A stretch of 64,000 bases of DNA from Mytilus trossulus (Eukaryota), in the NCBI RefSeq assembly GCF_036588685.1, contig NC_086380.1:58156001-58220000 (forward strand), written 5' to 3'. Made by a program: the position numbers and the translations under genes. The notes under the pieces were generated by a model. That model had not been told where the DNA came from, did no database searches, and worked only from the letters and a program-made list of their open reading frames with translations. Each line of letters opens with the position of its first letter. The first letter of the stretch is position 1. Positions 52,042 through 64,000 of the stretch are shown in pieces.

Positions 52042-55000
52042 TAATAAGAACAAACTTAAATCAAAGAATGTATTTCGAGAATGTATTTTTCTGCAAATTT
52101 AAGATAGCAAACCTCGAAATACATTCATGAATTTAAAAATAGGTATGAAGGCAATAGTAGTTTGCCGTCGAATTACACGTTAGCGTATAGCTAAAAGTAA
52201 AAACACAAAAGTACTGAACTCCGAGGAAAATTCAAAAAGGAAAGTCCAAAATCATCGACGCTAGCATATTTCAACGTGTTTCAATTTTGGTAGGCACAAT
52301 GGTAAGAAATGGACATCTAGAACAGGAGAAGAGTAATCGGAAATTTCCGAACGCCAGCTTTACGAATTAAGACAACGTTCCCATTCCGACCAGACCATGA
52401 CTTTGTATAAAACAAACAGACACTCCCTCGCAATCAACTTTCTTACGAGACCGGCCATAATTGTTATGTGACTACCTATTTGTTTAAGAATGAATTAAGG
52501 ACAAAAGATACCGAAGGGACGGTCAAAATCATAGATCGAAAATAAACTGACAACGTCATGGATAAAAAAAAAAAAAAGACAAAAGGCAGATAAATAATAG
52601 ACTAGTACACAAGACACAACATAGAAAACTAAAGACTAAGCAACACGATCCCCACCAAAAATTAGGAGTGATCTCAGGAAGGGTTAGCAGATCCTGCTCC
52701 ACATGTGGCACTTACCGTGGTACTTATGTTATTGTTACAAATTCAGTATATAGTATAATTCGGTAAGTCACATTCGTGAAAACGGAAGGGGATTGTTGTT
52801 ACTACATAAGGAACATATCCGATATTATCTGTGAAACGGTAATTATAAATTACAATCGAGCAAGTGGAAGTTCTGGAGATGAAAACTCCGATTATGTTAC
52901 AATTAAATCAAGAGTTCCATGGCGTTCATTTCTTAGAAAGAGAGTTTTCTAGCTTGTATCATATAAAGTGATATTCCAGGTATGTTAACATCTTTCCTAT
53001 GTGTTTATTTACTGATGACCAACTTTTTGGTAGTTCATTTACATTATATTTACAACAATAATTTGACAAATAGGTAAGGTTGGGAAAAAAGTCACATTTA
53101 ATTATACATTGCATGAACACTCGATCTGTTGAAAATGATAAAACAGCAAAATATCGTGATAACTTATAATCAGAACATAGGCACAATCTCAACATCCATT
53201 TGTCTGCATGGATATATTTCCCTAGAAAGACGACCACTAGAGTGTGCCTGTTCAGTTTTGAAACCTTGCTTAGAACAAGACATAGAAAAATGTGCGCATG
53301 GTCAACCGACTTTTACAACTCTATGAAGTTACAAAAACATGCATTCAACTGCAAATTTCAAAGCGCTTAGACAATTCCAGTGCACCGTTACGATTCAAAT
53401 ATGATGTAATGGTATAGAAAAAAACTTGCAGCTGACCCAGCCTGAGTAACTATTGACCAAAACATGCAACATTTGAGAAAAATGACTGTAAAGATTTTAT
53501 ATATATATATATATATTTATATCTGCCGTCGCCATATTGGGATAGTCGTAATTTCAGTTACGATTATCTCTTTAATTATGTCCTATTTTTTCGACAGCAA
53601 CATTAGTGAATGGTCAAAACGGCTAAATCATAGCACAGACAGCGTATGACTCTCTTAACACACACCATGTGGACTGCACCTTGTACTTTGCTCAAAGTTG
53701 ATTGTCGTACGATACATTAAGAATGCAAAAAGAACAAATACGAAACTATTCATATTAATGCAAAAATACTCACCGTTTTCTTTTAGTCGCTATTTAAAAA
53801 AAAAGCGGATTTAAGGGGCCACCGACCCCAAACGGAGCTACGATACTAGTATATGGATAAATGGATCCTTTTTACATGCATATGTCCTAACGTTTTCTGA
53901 CTAGGCCCCAGGCAGCATTTTCAAATCATCCGTCAATTTACCATCATTGAAGCCCCTCTTGGAGGTATCAACATCAAACATAATGTCACCCAAGTGACAA
54001 TATTTATATCTCCGGTTCCAAAATAGACTACCATCTCGATTGGTTACTTCAACTTGATCCTTTTTATCGTTGACATAAAAAAAAATGTTCGTCTGGCGTA
54101 GATACAAAATTTAATTCTGGTATATATGATCAATTATAAAAGGCAGTATATGATCGGCATGCAATCACTAAAAAATAAAAAAACAAAACGTTAAAAATGG
54201 CAAGTGCCCGAAGCGTGTTTGGGGATCTACCTTTCAGTGCAGAAACAGTTAAAGCAGAATATTAGAAGGCCATCAATTTATAAAAAAACGAAATAGTTGA
54301 TTAAAGTTTAAACCAAAAAATTGAAATCAAATTTGAGATATAATTACATCTTATGTAATAATCCTGGGTTTTAAGTGGTTGATAGTCAGTGTATTTTTCA
54401 CCAATGTACTGTTATCAAATGAAAATCGTTCATTTCTTAACGCTACCTGGGTATATGCAAAAACGATATTGCCTTTTTTACTCTCTCTCTGCTGTGGTAT
54501 GTGCCAAAAACAAGGATCGTCAAGCGTTTTTGAAAGTTAACATTCGGTGTAATTTATTAACAGATATTGCATGTTCTTGATTACGGCGAGGGAAATTTAA
54601 CATTCTCTCGGCCTGAATTTTTCGCAAATACCACTCATTGTCATTGAGACCAAACGAAACACATATCCTAAAGATTTTGAACATTCTAAAATTTGATTGG
54701 TTAATAAATAGTCGAATTTTAACCAGGTTGAAAAACAATAGTTATATACATTATGATAACATGCTAATGTGTTATGGAATGTTCTGATTAGTACTTTATC
54801 GGTAAGATTGGTCATTTTTGGGCACCTAAAGCTTTTCAGTTATATCTGTCCATGTTTTACAGAAACGTATTTTGTTCAAACCAAGTTTTGTAAAGACTCG
54901 TTTTAAGTACGTTAACATATCCGTCAATTTTATGTGTTCAAACATTCTTCTCTAGATAAAACAAAAATGATCAATGATGTATATAAATAAGACGAAAGAT

Positions 55001-57370
55001 ACCAAAAGGACTTTAAAAATAATATATATAAGACAGATGTAAATTATGGTATGAGGAATTTGTCAATAAGAACAAACCACAAAACCAACCAATAGATATT
55101 GAACATTTAAACATTTGATTAGTTAATTGATAGTGGGAAACTGACAACGTCATTCCCCAAAAAGTGAAAAAGAGGTCATGCAACTCCCAAGCATATCACT
55201 TCTTAGCTGTGCAGATTTTCGTGAGACTTTTCTAATCAGACTTAGTAATGTCGTAGATTCAAAATTACACATCAGTTCCATTGTTATATTTCATTGTTTC
55301 TATTTCTGAAACAAACAAAATAGATCTATTGTTCAGATAACAATGCATTTTTACTTCAGGGTGTTACAAGGGGGTTTCTTGGTTCGAAAACCCGAAAAAA
55401 ACAGTCCATTGTTATTCATATCAATATCAAATCCAGTGGGCGTATAGTCTTGAATGAAACGAAACATTAAAAATACTGAAAGAGACGGTAACCGATCGAC
55501 AAAAAACATTTCGTAGATAGATACAGTTTACAACAACACTGTTTGAATGAAACCAAAGGTTCATCAACAAGGGACACTCTGCTGCATGTGTATTATATGG
55601 TTAGCAATGTGCCTGTTATCAGGGAAAAACTCCAGAGATAATTTCTCCAAATGTCTGTGTTTGACATAAGAAATCACAAGTAGAAATATAATCATCAAAC
55701 AGATAGCTGTTAACTAGTCTCCTTGATAATGTGTTAATACCAGTTTATTGATAATGAAGTGAAACAGCTTAGTACTCTGTATTTCTTTTTGCCTATTTTT
55801 TTTTTTTTTTAACTTTTAAGGAATTTTATAAAAATTAAAAAAAACAATATGTGGCCCAATTCATCAGGTTAAAAAGCAATCCAGTTGAGATAACCAAATC
55901 TGTTAATCGCTATTTTCCCAATGATTACGTTGTTAATTTCAATTTCAATGAAAACTACAGGTGCGCAATTAGTTTCTAGCAATCTTTTTTCAAATCACTC
56001 ATCTGTGCTGAGGAAAGAAATAATCAAAAAGTAAGATAAAAGGAAATTTTCGAAAAATTGCAATAATTGTAAATCATGCAGAGCTGTTACTGTTTTGATG
56101 TTTGTCTGCTGAATTCAACCTGTCCAGGTAGGAACTATTAGTGTAAGATAGATGATACATACACATCACGGTTATATAGTAAACAGACAGGTAAAACAAC
56201 TGCTGAAAATGTTGAAACAGGAAATGAAAGCCTAGTAGAGTTTTAAAAAGACATATCTATTTTGACCAATATGATTTTTTAATAAAATTGATAAAAAATT
56301 GTTTTTTTTTGCTTATATCTTTCTTTCGTGACAATTTTTGATGATATTTATCTATATTTATCTATACTTAGACATATGTTCCTGATTCACATTTCAATCC
56401 CATATTGAATTTCAAATTATGATATTTAGCTAATATTTAGTAAAATTGTCCGTAATTCCTCGTATTACTATCTCGTTAGAAAAGAGGCAACATATCATAT
56501 TTTATCTATTAGTGTTTTACTTGTAAATGTAAGCTGCCTATCTCTCCATACGTGTATTCATTTCTATTTCATATCCATGCCACGCTCCTTATGTTTAAAC
56601 ATTACCTGTGGCCCATTTGATTTTATGAACTTTTTAAGTAGCCAATACAAGTCAGCATTTTGATCTTTCATAGTTCATTCTAGAACCAGTAGCTTTTTCG
56701 AACAAGGCCAAAGGATATTTTAAACAAAAAACTAGAAATATTGCATTCGGAATACAGAAACTTCATTTCAAAAATTAAATTTAAAAAAAAAGTTGTTTAA
56801 TCATAAAAGTACACGCTTCTGTCTATGATCGTGCGAATTTAAGATAAAAAAAATTGAAGAGCTTTTGAGAAATGTCCTAGTGTTAAAAAAAGGTGTTATA
56901 ATTTTTAATAACTTTCGGATTACCCTTACAGAACGTAGATATCATCCTTAGTTTCGTTTTATATGAATTCGTCATGCCCTTGCTTTAGAGTTCTTTGTGC
57001 TTTTATTTGTTCTACGTCTGTGATATTTATAATGATACAAGTTTTGTCTATCATTTGTGCTGAAAAGTCAGTTCTTTTACAACTTATCAGTTAGACTGTG
57101 CCTAATGTGTTTTTTGTCTCTCTTTTGAAAGATTTATTAATCCAATTTGTCAAAACTATAAACTAGTCTAACCATCTTATTTAAAGATTTTACTATGCCA
57201 TGGTGACAATTACAATTTCTATTCTTTCAATAAGTATTTGTTTTTATTTTCTGACTTGAACAATTTAATGATATAGCTTTCTTATAAGGGGCAAAGTGAT
57301 TCAGACACATTATGGATTAAATGAGTGTCTTTAAAACAATACAGCTGAGCATAACAAACGCACAAATATA

Positions 57371-57587
57371 CCGTATAGCGGGTTATTTTCGCGGGGTGTA
57401 AATTTTCGCTTATTTTCGCGGATAGAACAAAATCGCCAAAATAAATTCCGCCAATTTAAAAGTGTACATGCAAAGGTAATGTCAAAAATGTTGAATCCGC
57501 CAAAATAATAACCGCCAAAATATTTCGTATACCTTATTCAATGAAAATCGCGAAATTTTACACCCGCGAAAATAACCCGCTATACGG
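57371..57587. mobile_element. Tc1/mariner (pogo/Tigger-like) MITE
   Basis: Long TIRs ccgtatagcgggttattttcgcggg / cccgcgaaaataacccgctatacgg; TA TSD. Confidence 0.85.
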
Positions 57588-57958
57588 TATATTGGTGTGA
57601 TCTCAGTTGTTTCGAAAGTAAATTCTGATCCACATGTACCATTGTATGTAAGGGTCAACGGGCAGTACGTATTATAAACAACTATCACTGTAAGACTTTA
57701 AAATACGCACTCATTAAAAAGTAATGATCACAGACACGTGTCTCAGAAATTTTTCCCGATATATATAGTGAGAATTTTTTTCTGAGACAAGTGCCTGCAC
57801 TGAGATGCATTTAAATATCAAAAAATTATTAATCTAATCTCAAAATGAGATCACACATTTAAATAAGTATTCAGTGCAAAATTCCTATTTAATGTATAGC
57901 GAAAATTTACAGTTTTCACTCAAAACAGAATATAGAAGAATCACAGATAAGCTCGTTA

Positions 57959-58065
57959 TTTTGAATTTACCGCGGTATTATACTTAGGAGAAAGTATGTA
58001 CCGGTCACGTGTGCACATACCAACAAAAGATCAGTTGATAGACATATTCTGGATATCAGGTAAAG
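57959..58065 (+). promoter_or_regulatory. Putative core promoter and non-coding exon 1 of copy 7 (intron 58060..60390)
   Basis: GGTCACGTG at 58003, TCAGTT, tatcag|GTAAAG at 58060. Confidence 0.65.
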
Positions 58066-58217
58066 CGATGTTTTGAATACTTGCAATGGCATACTTGATA
58101 ATTAGTTGATTTTTTCTTGCATATTGAATCAGTTATTATATCTTTTCATTTTCATATCTAATGCAAGTCAATAAAAACAATGACTATAAATTCTACTTTC
58201 GTTATCGCATTGCATAC

Positions 58218-58705
58218 ACAAATACACAAATATTTTATTGGCACAAACACAATTACAATAATTGGCAAAGGCCCATATTACAGTGCATTACAACAATGAA
58301 TACAGCATACATTTACTAGTATTTAAATATGTTATAATTAAGAAGCTAAAATCTCGTTTCTATACATCAGACATTTATATATATAAGAACTAGTCACTTT
58401 TAGGACTTTTAAAGAATTACTATTAATACAACTATTAATATTTAGCTGATTTTCACTACAACATGTAGGAAGTATATTTAATATCTTATTTTTAAAGTTA
58501 AATCTATAGTTTGAAAAAAAAATCACATTTCAGTAAAAAGTGATTTTCATCTTCTACCTCACCTGATTTACATACATTACAAACTCGTTCGTCGGTGGCT
58601 AAACCTAAATATTGCCCCTTTTCAATAGCAAGATTGTGTGCACTCAATCTAATTTTACACAGAGATGACCTTTCTAATCTATTACTTAGAACATCAACAT
58701 AAGAA
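58218..58705 (-). mobile_element. 5'-truncated LINE 3' end inserted in the copy-7 intron
   Basis: - strand reads KIRLSAHNLAIEKG..ERVCNVCKSGEVEDENHFLLKC; AATAAA plus short repeat tail; splits ttgcata|taaggttaaaatatcc, which is contiguous in paralogs. Confidence 0.8.
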
Positions 58706-60391
58706 CATATAAGGTTAAAATATCCAAATATTGGGTACGTAATTTAATAGCACACATTGATAATTAAACAAAATCACGAACATAGTATATTATTGACAGT
58801 TTTGTTCGTCTTTATCTTATTTGAAACTTAATCTGTAATCACATAAACAACACGACGGGTGCCGCATGTGGAGCAGGATCTGCTTACCCTTCCGGAGCAC
58901 CTGAGATCACCCCTAGTTTTTGGTGGGTTCGTGTTGTTTATTCTTTAGTTTTCAATGTTGTGTCATGTGTACTATTGTTTTTTTCTGTTACTTTGTCTTT
59001 TTCAATGTGAGCCATGGCGTTGTCAGTTTGTTTTAGATTTATGAGTTTGACTGTCCCTTTGGTATCTTTCGTCCCTCTTTTTAATTGTTAACAACACCTA
59101 TATTTTTTGGATTTTTTAATGCATGTATTTGTAGATAGATCTTTTTGTGTTCTGTTAACATGGTTAAATTGTTCCTTTTAAAATTGTTACACGATGATGA
59201 CTGCTGTACCCATATTTTGACTATTTTATATAGTTTTATAGGTTTAATCCACAATTTTCTACATTTGAAAATGCCTGTACCAAGTCAGAAATATGACAGT
59301 TCTTGTCCATTCCTTTTTGATGTGTTTTGTCATTTGATTTTGCCATTTGAGTAGCATATACAATCATTATTTGGCAATTATAAATTCATTGTATTACATT
59401 GATGTATGTATCTCCTACAGCGTTTAACCAAATTAAGAGTTTTGGTTTCGTTTCAAGAAATATGCTGGTTAAAGACTTTAAAATGAAAGTAAAATACGTC
59501 ATTAATCATGTGACTATATTATATACTAGTACTTGAATATTGTGGTGCTTAACCATGTTTACAATAATTAAGTTCTTTAAGATTGGCTAATCGCTATCAA
59601 GGGCCGGACATTTGAAATGACGCAGCTAGGAACATGCTATGAGTGATTGAGGTGACTGATTTGGTGTTATAACAGGCCACATATAGTTCCTTTAGAGAGT
59701 TTTTTAATAACTTGCCGATAACTTAAAAATCGTCTTATACGATTCCATGGATTTAGCCCCCTTATTTCGACCTGAAGTTTTTTTTCAAACACTCATGTAT
59801 GCCCTTTGAACTTGCTTCAAAATGTACTTTTGAGATTTTTAACATGTTTTATCCCGTGATAATACAAAAAAAATGTTAACTTGAATCATAAGTTATGATA
59901 TTCGTAGGTTACACTTAAAAAGAACAGTCCAAGTGAAATATAGGCGATACAGATTTATATTGTAATAAGAATAATTTACGTTTTATGACAAAATGTTGTA
60001 GGAGGAACGACCGTTAAGGAAATTACAGTGGATTTTCAATGACGATAAATTAAAGCCCGCCAAAAGAATTTCCTAGTTGGCATAACTACCCATATCACCT
60101 GAGAGTTTGAAACAAACAGAGAAAATATCAGTGACACGGAAAAAACATGCTTTCTCATACATTTGGTGCAAAGCATAAGCTTAAATGACTGGCATCAACA
60201 ATATTTTATAGAATCTTAATTACATTTACTTAATATGTTAATCGGTCCTGTTATGAAATTTATTGGATATGTATAGCCAGCATCCGTAGAACGTTTATAA
60301 GAATGGGAAAAATCAAAGCCAAGGATTTGTCTAAGCTATTACAGAAATTTTAAAACAATATTTTACTTTTTACATTCCTTTTTTTTGCAGC

Positions 60392-62080
60392 ATGTCGAGT
60401 AAATATACTGTTTGTGGAGTATGCGATTATCAGCACATTAACAAACCATCAGTGGTCTGGTGTTCAGAATGTGACGAAGGACTTTGTGAAGAATGTAAAG
60501 TGCATCATGCAGCTTCAAAGGGGACCAGACACCATAGTATCGTTCAAATCTCGGAATACCAGAAGCTTCCTTCCAATTTATTAGAAATTACTCAAACATG
60601 TTCAAAACACGATAAAAAATACGTTATATTTTGTAATAAGCATGATAGTCCGTGCTGTAATCGATGTATTGTTGAAACCCATTACGATTGCAAAGATTTA
60701 AACGCGATAGATGACGTCATTAAGAATGTAAAATCTTCAAGTGCATTCTTAGAGATGGAACAAATGTTTACAGAACTTTCAGAAAATTTGCAAAGAATAC
60801 GAAAAGATCGACATGAAAACATTGAAAGCCTAAAGGAGAAAAGATCCAAAATAGAAAAAGAAGTTCAGCAAACGCGAATCCTGATTGACAAACATCTGGA
60901 TAAGTTGCAGGAAAGTCTGATAAAAGAGTTGTATGACACTGAGGAAAAGGAAAGCACAAAAATTAAAAACATAATATCATCCATTCAAGAAAATGAAAGA
61001 AAGGTAACCGAAGGCAAAACTACTTTAGATACAATAAAACAACATGCATCAGACCTCCAGACGTTTCTGGCAATGACACATATCCAGCAAGAAGTGAGAA
61101 ACAACGAACACTTTCTGGAATCCTTGATAAAGGAAAGGAAAATGAACAATGTTTCCATTACTTGGAAACACGAAACTGCCTTGGAAATCTTCCCTGTCCA
61201 AATCAAGAAGATGGGAACCATAATATTAGATACGACGGCAGGTGAAGTAACATTAATTAACAGGAAGAACCAACAAGCACAGATAAAGCTGCCTATGGTT
61301 CATGTCCCTACCATTGATGATATAAAACTTACTTTAAGACATACAGTGAAAACAACTGGAAAAGATATCACAGATTGCTGCTTTCTTCCCGATGGCAGGA
61401 TGATTTTTTCCTGTTACATTACTCAACTAATTTACGTCATTAAAACTGACCGATCATTAGATTTTACATTAACACCAGGATCGCGTACTTCACATATATA
61501 CTATATTGAAGAAAGCCAAAATCTCGCTGTATCATCTGGTCATAACCCCACTTGCATTACAATTATTAATATGAAAAATAGAAAAACTGAGAAATCTATT
61601 AGAGTTGGATCAGAGATATATGGAATAGTTCACAAAGATGGAAAATTGTATTATAATGGATATAATAAAGGATTATGCGTTGTATGCTTAGATGACGCCT
61701 CTATAACACAGCTAGTAAACGTTACCTTGAATCGATATAGCAGCATTGCAATATGTTCAGATCAACTTTATTTTATAGGCGAAGATGACTCAGTAGCATG
61801 CTGTGCTCTTAAAGGGACATTGAAATGGAAAGTAGAACTTAATACTATTCTTAAAACAGTACAAGGTATTACAGTAGACAACTATGGGCATGTTTACGTA
61901 TCGGGCTATGAATCTAACAAGGTCGTTGTGGTTTCACCAGATGGAAACAAACACAGATTGCTGCTGTCAGAGAATTGTGGTCTTAAAAATCCACAACCTT
62001 TGTACTTTGATCGAAAAAATAACAAGCTACTCATTGCAAACAAATGCAAAGGCGCATTTATTTATGACGTTTCAAAATGA
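60392..62080 (+). CDS. RING-less TRIM-like protein, copy 7, 562 aa
   Basis: Intact ORF starting MSSK after ttttttgcag c ATG; same domains. Confidence 0.9.
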   Translation: MSSKYTVCGVCDYQHINKPSVVWCSECDEGLCEECKVHHAASKGTRHHSIVQISEYQKLPSNLLEITQTCSKHDKKYVIFCNKHDSPCCNRCIVETHYDCKDLNAIDDVIKNVKSSSAFLEMEQMFTELSENLQRIRKDRHENIESLKEKRSKIEKEVQQTRILIDKHLDKLQESLIKELYDTEEKESTKIKNIISSIQENERKVTEGKTTLDTIKQHASDLQTFLAMTHIQQEVRNNEHFLESLIKERKMNNVSITWKHETALEIFPVQIKKMGTIILDTTAGEVTLINRKNQQAQIKLPMVHVPTIDDIKLTLRHTVKTTGKDITDCCFLPDGRMIFSCYITQLIYVIKTDRSLDFTLTPGSRTSHIYYIEESQNLAVSSGHNPTCITIINMKNRKTEKSIRVGSEIYGIVHKDGKLYYNGYNKGLCVVCLDDASITQLVNVTLNRYSSIAICSDQLYFIGEDDSVACCALKGTLKWKVELNTILKTVQGITVDNYGHVYVSGYESNKVVVVSPDGNKHRLLLSENCGLKNPQPLYFDRKNNKLLIANKCKGAFIYDVSK

Positions 62081-62859
62081 ATTAAGACACTGGCTCTGAG
62101 GTGAGCTTATCTGTAAAAAATATGCGTGTGCTAAAAAAAGTTGGACTGTGCTCTTTGAGTTCTTATAAATGTAACATATCAAAAACTATACAGATGTATT
62201 ATGTAATCACAACATTTGTTATCATACAATTATTCTTTCCCCAAAGTATTAAACATGAACAATATACGCTAATTGCACATCCAAAGAAAGGACTTGCCAT
62301 TTGTGATGATATGATTAAAAATGATAAAAAAAATATGAATTTGTGTTTTAAAAACAGGTGATTGTTAATCCAATAGATACAAACACAATCATGTCCTCGA
62401 GTGCAAGTCTAACTTATCCCTTGTATTGCAGTTAATTATTCCAAAGCAGTTACGAATAAAAGTTAAGAGCAGCATAGGTTATAATAGTAAGAATTAACAA
62501 TGAGACACATATTTAAACGACTGTTTTTATGTAAATAATCCATTTTTTTTCACATATAAAATTGTATCCATCTTAATACATTTTTTTTAATCGAACTTAA
62601 TTTATGTATGCTCTTCTTCCGAGAGGGTAAGCGATTTAGAACCAGGTTTAATCCACCATTTTCTACATTTGAAAATGCCTGTACCAAGTCAGGAATATGA
62701 CAGTTCTTGTCCATTCCTTTTTGATGTGTTTTGTCATTTGATTTTGCCATTTGATTATGGACCTTCCTGGGAGTTCAGTTTTTGTGATTTTACTTTTTTT
62801 ACCCTAACCACAAATGTTATTTTGAGTACAGACAAATATGTCAACATGTAAAATGTTAA

Positions 62860-63190
62860 GGTGAGGTTAGGTGCATCAAGGTGAGGTTAGGTGAAAATTA
62901 ATAAATTAAGAATTTGGAATTGATACTAAAAGCTGGAAGAGCATTCTTTAAGGATAAAACTAAGCTAAAGATATTAAAATGTCATCTCCTTTGGGATATA
63001 TCAGATTTAAAATATGGCGGGAAAAAGCTGAATATGAAGTTTACCTTATATTTGCATTGGTATTATTTAAGTCTCAAAAAAACCAAAGAAAATTAAGCAT
63101 CTTATAAATTTTTTGTGAATGAACTTTGATGAGCTATTAATACTTCTATGAAAAAATAAATGGGGTGTTATGGAGCACCTAAGTACATCC
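62860..63190. mobile_element. Possible TTAA-flanked MITE
   Basis: TTAA on both sides; imperfect TIR (ttaggtgc / gcacctaa); interrupts aaaatgtta..gatcttaaga seen in paralogous introns. Confidence 0.45.
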
Positions 63191-63204
63191 TTAATTAGAT
63201 CTTA

Positions 63205-64000
63205 AGAGTAGCATATACAATCATTATTTGACAATTATAAATTCATTGTGTTACATTGATGTATGTATCTCCTACAGCGTTTATACTAGTACTTGAATAT
63301 TGTGGAGCTTAACCATGTTTACAATAAATAAGTTCTTTAAGATTGGCTAATCGCTATCAAGGGCCGGACATTTGAAATGACGCAACTAGGAACATGCTAT
63401 GAGTGATTGGGGTGACTGATTTGGTGTTATAACAGGCCACATATAGTTTTTTTCAGAGAGTTTTTTTAATAACTTGCTGATAACTTAAAATTCGTCTTAT
63501 AGGTCCCTTATTTCGACCTGAAGTTGTCAGTGGACAATTTTTTTTCAAACACTCATGTATGCCCTTTGAACTTGCTTCAAAATGTACTTTTGAGATTTTT
63601 AACATGTTTTATCCCGTGATAATACCAAAAAATGTAAACTTGAATCATAAGTTATGATATTCGTAGGTTACACTTAAAAAGAACAGTCCATGTGAAATAT
63701 AGGCGATACAGATTTATCTTGTAATAAGAATAACTTACGTTTTTATGACAAAATATTGTAGGAGGAACGACCGTTAAGGAAATTACAGTGGATTTTCAAT
63801 GACGATAAATTAAAGCCCGCCAAAAGAATTTCCTAGTTGGCATAACTACCCATATCACCTGATAGTTTTAAACAAACAGAGAAAATATCAGTGACACGGA
63901 AAAACATGCTTTCTCACACATTTTGTGCAAAGCATATAAGCTTACATGACTGGCATCAACAAGATTTCATAGAACCTTTATTTGCATTTACTTAATTAGA
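63205..64000 (+). repeat. Near-identical duplicate of the copy-7 intron 3' half (~59350-60230); probable lead-in to an eighth gene copy beyond the window
   Basis: Long colinear identity with a few deletions; ends at the gaacctttatttgcatttac motif that lies roughly 110-200 bp before the ATG in copies 1, 2, 4 and 7. Confidence 0.8.

Noticed and set aside
51641-52044. Lys-rich and Phe-rich ORFs
   Set aside because: Low-complexity interior of a MITE.
53300-57200. Long spacer between copies 6 and 7
   Set aside because: No convincing ORF, TIR pair or RNA gene recognised by eye; probably further decayed repeats.

Overview
AT-rich eukaryotic genomic DNA. The repeat families and gene type suggest a bivalve mollusc (Mytilus-like), which is an inference. 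The window holds a head-to-tail tandem array, all on the + strand, of seven paralogous RING-less TRIM-like genes (two B-boxes, coiled coil, C-terminal NHL-like beta-propeller; 561-562 aa). Six are intact and one is frameshifted, and the upstream region of a probable eighth copy runs off the right edge. Each CDS is uninterrupted and starts 1 nt after a splice acceptor. About 1-4 kb upstream of each lies a conserved ~105-bp module (E-box GGTCACGTG, Inr-like TCAGT, CAG|GTAAA donor), read as promoter plus a short non-coding exon 1, followed by an IRF/ISRE-like motif in the intron. The paralogs are sequence mosaics of one another, with hypervariable short loops in the propeller, which suggests a diversifying innate-immune recognition array. 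Spacers contain a decayed Polinton/Maverick fragment (integrase plus packaging ATPase), a decayed DDE transposon, several MITEs, LINE fragments, a Helentron/HINE-like element and SINE-like repeats. Repeat boundaries are approximate unless TIRs/TSDs are quoted.
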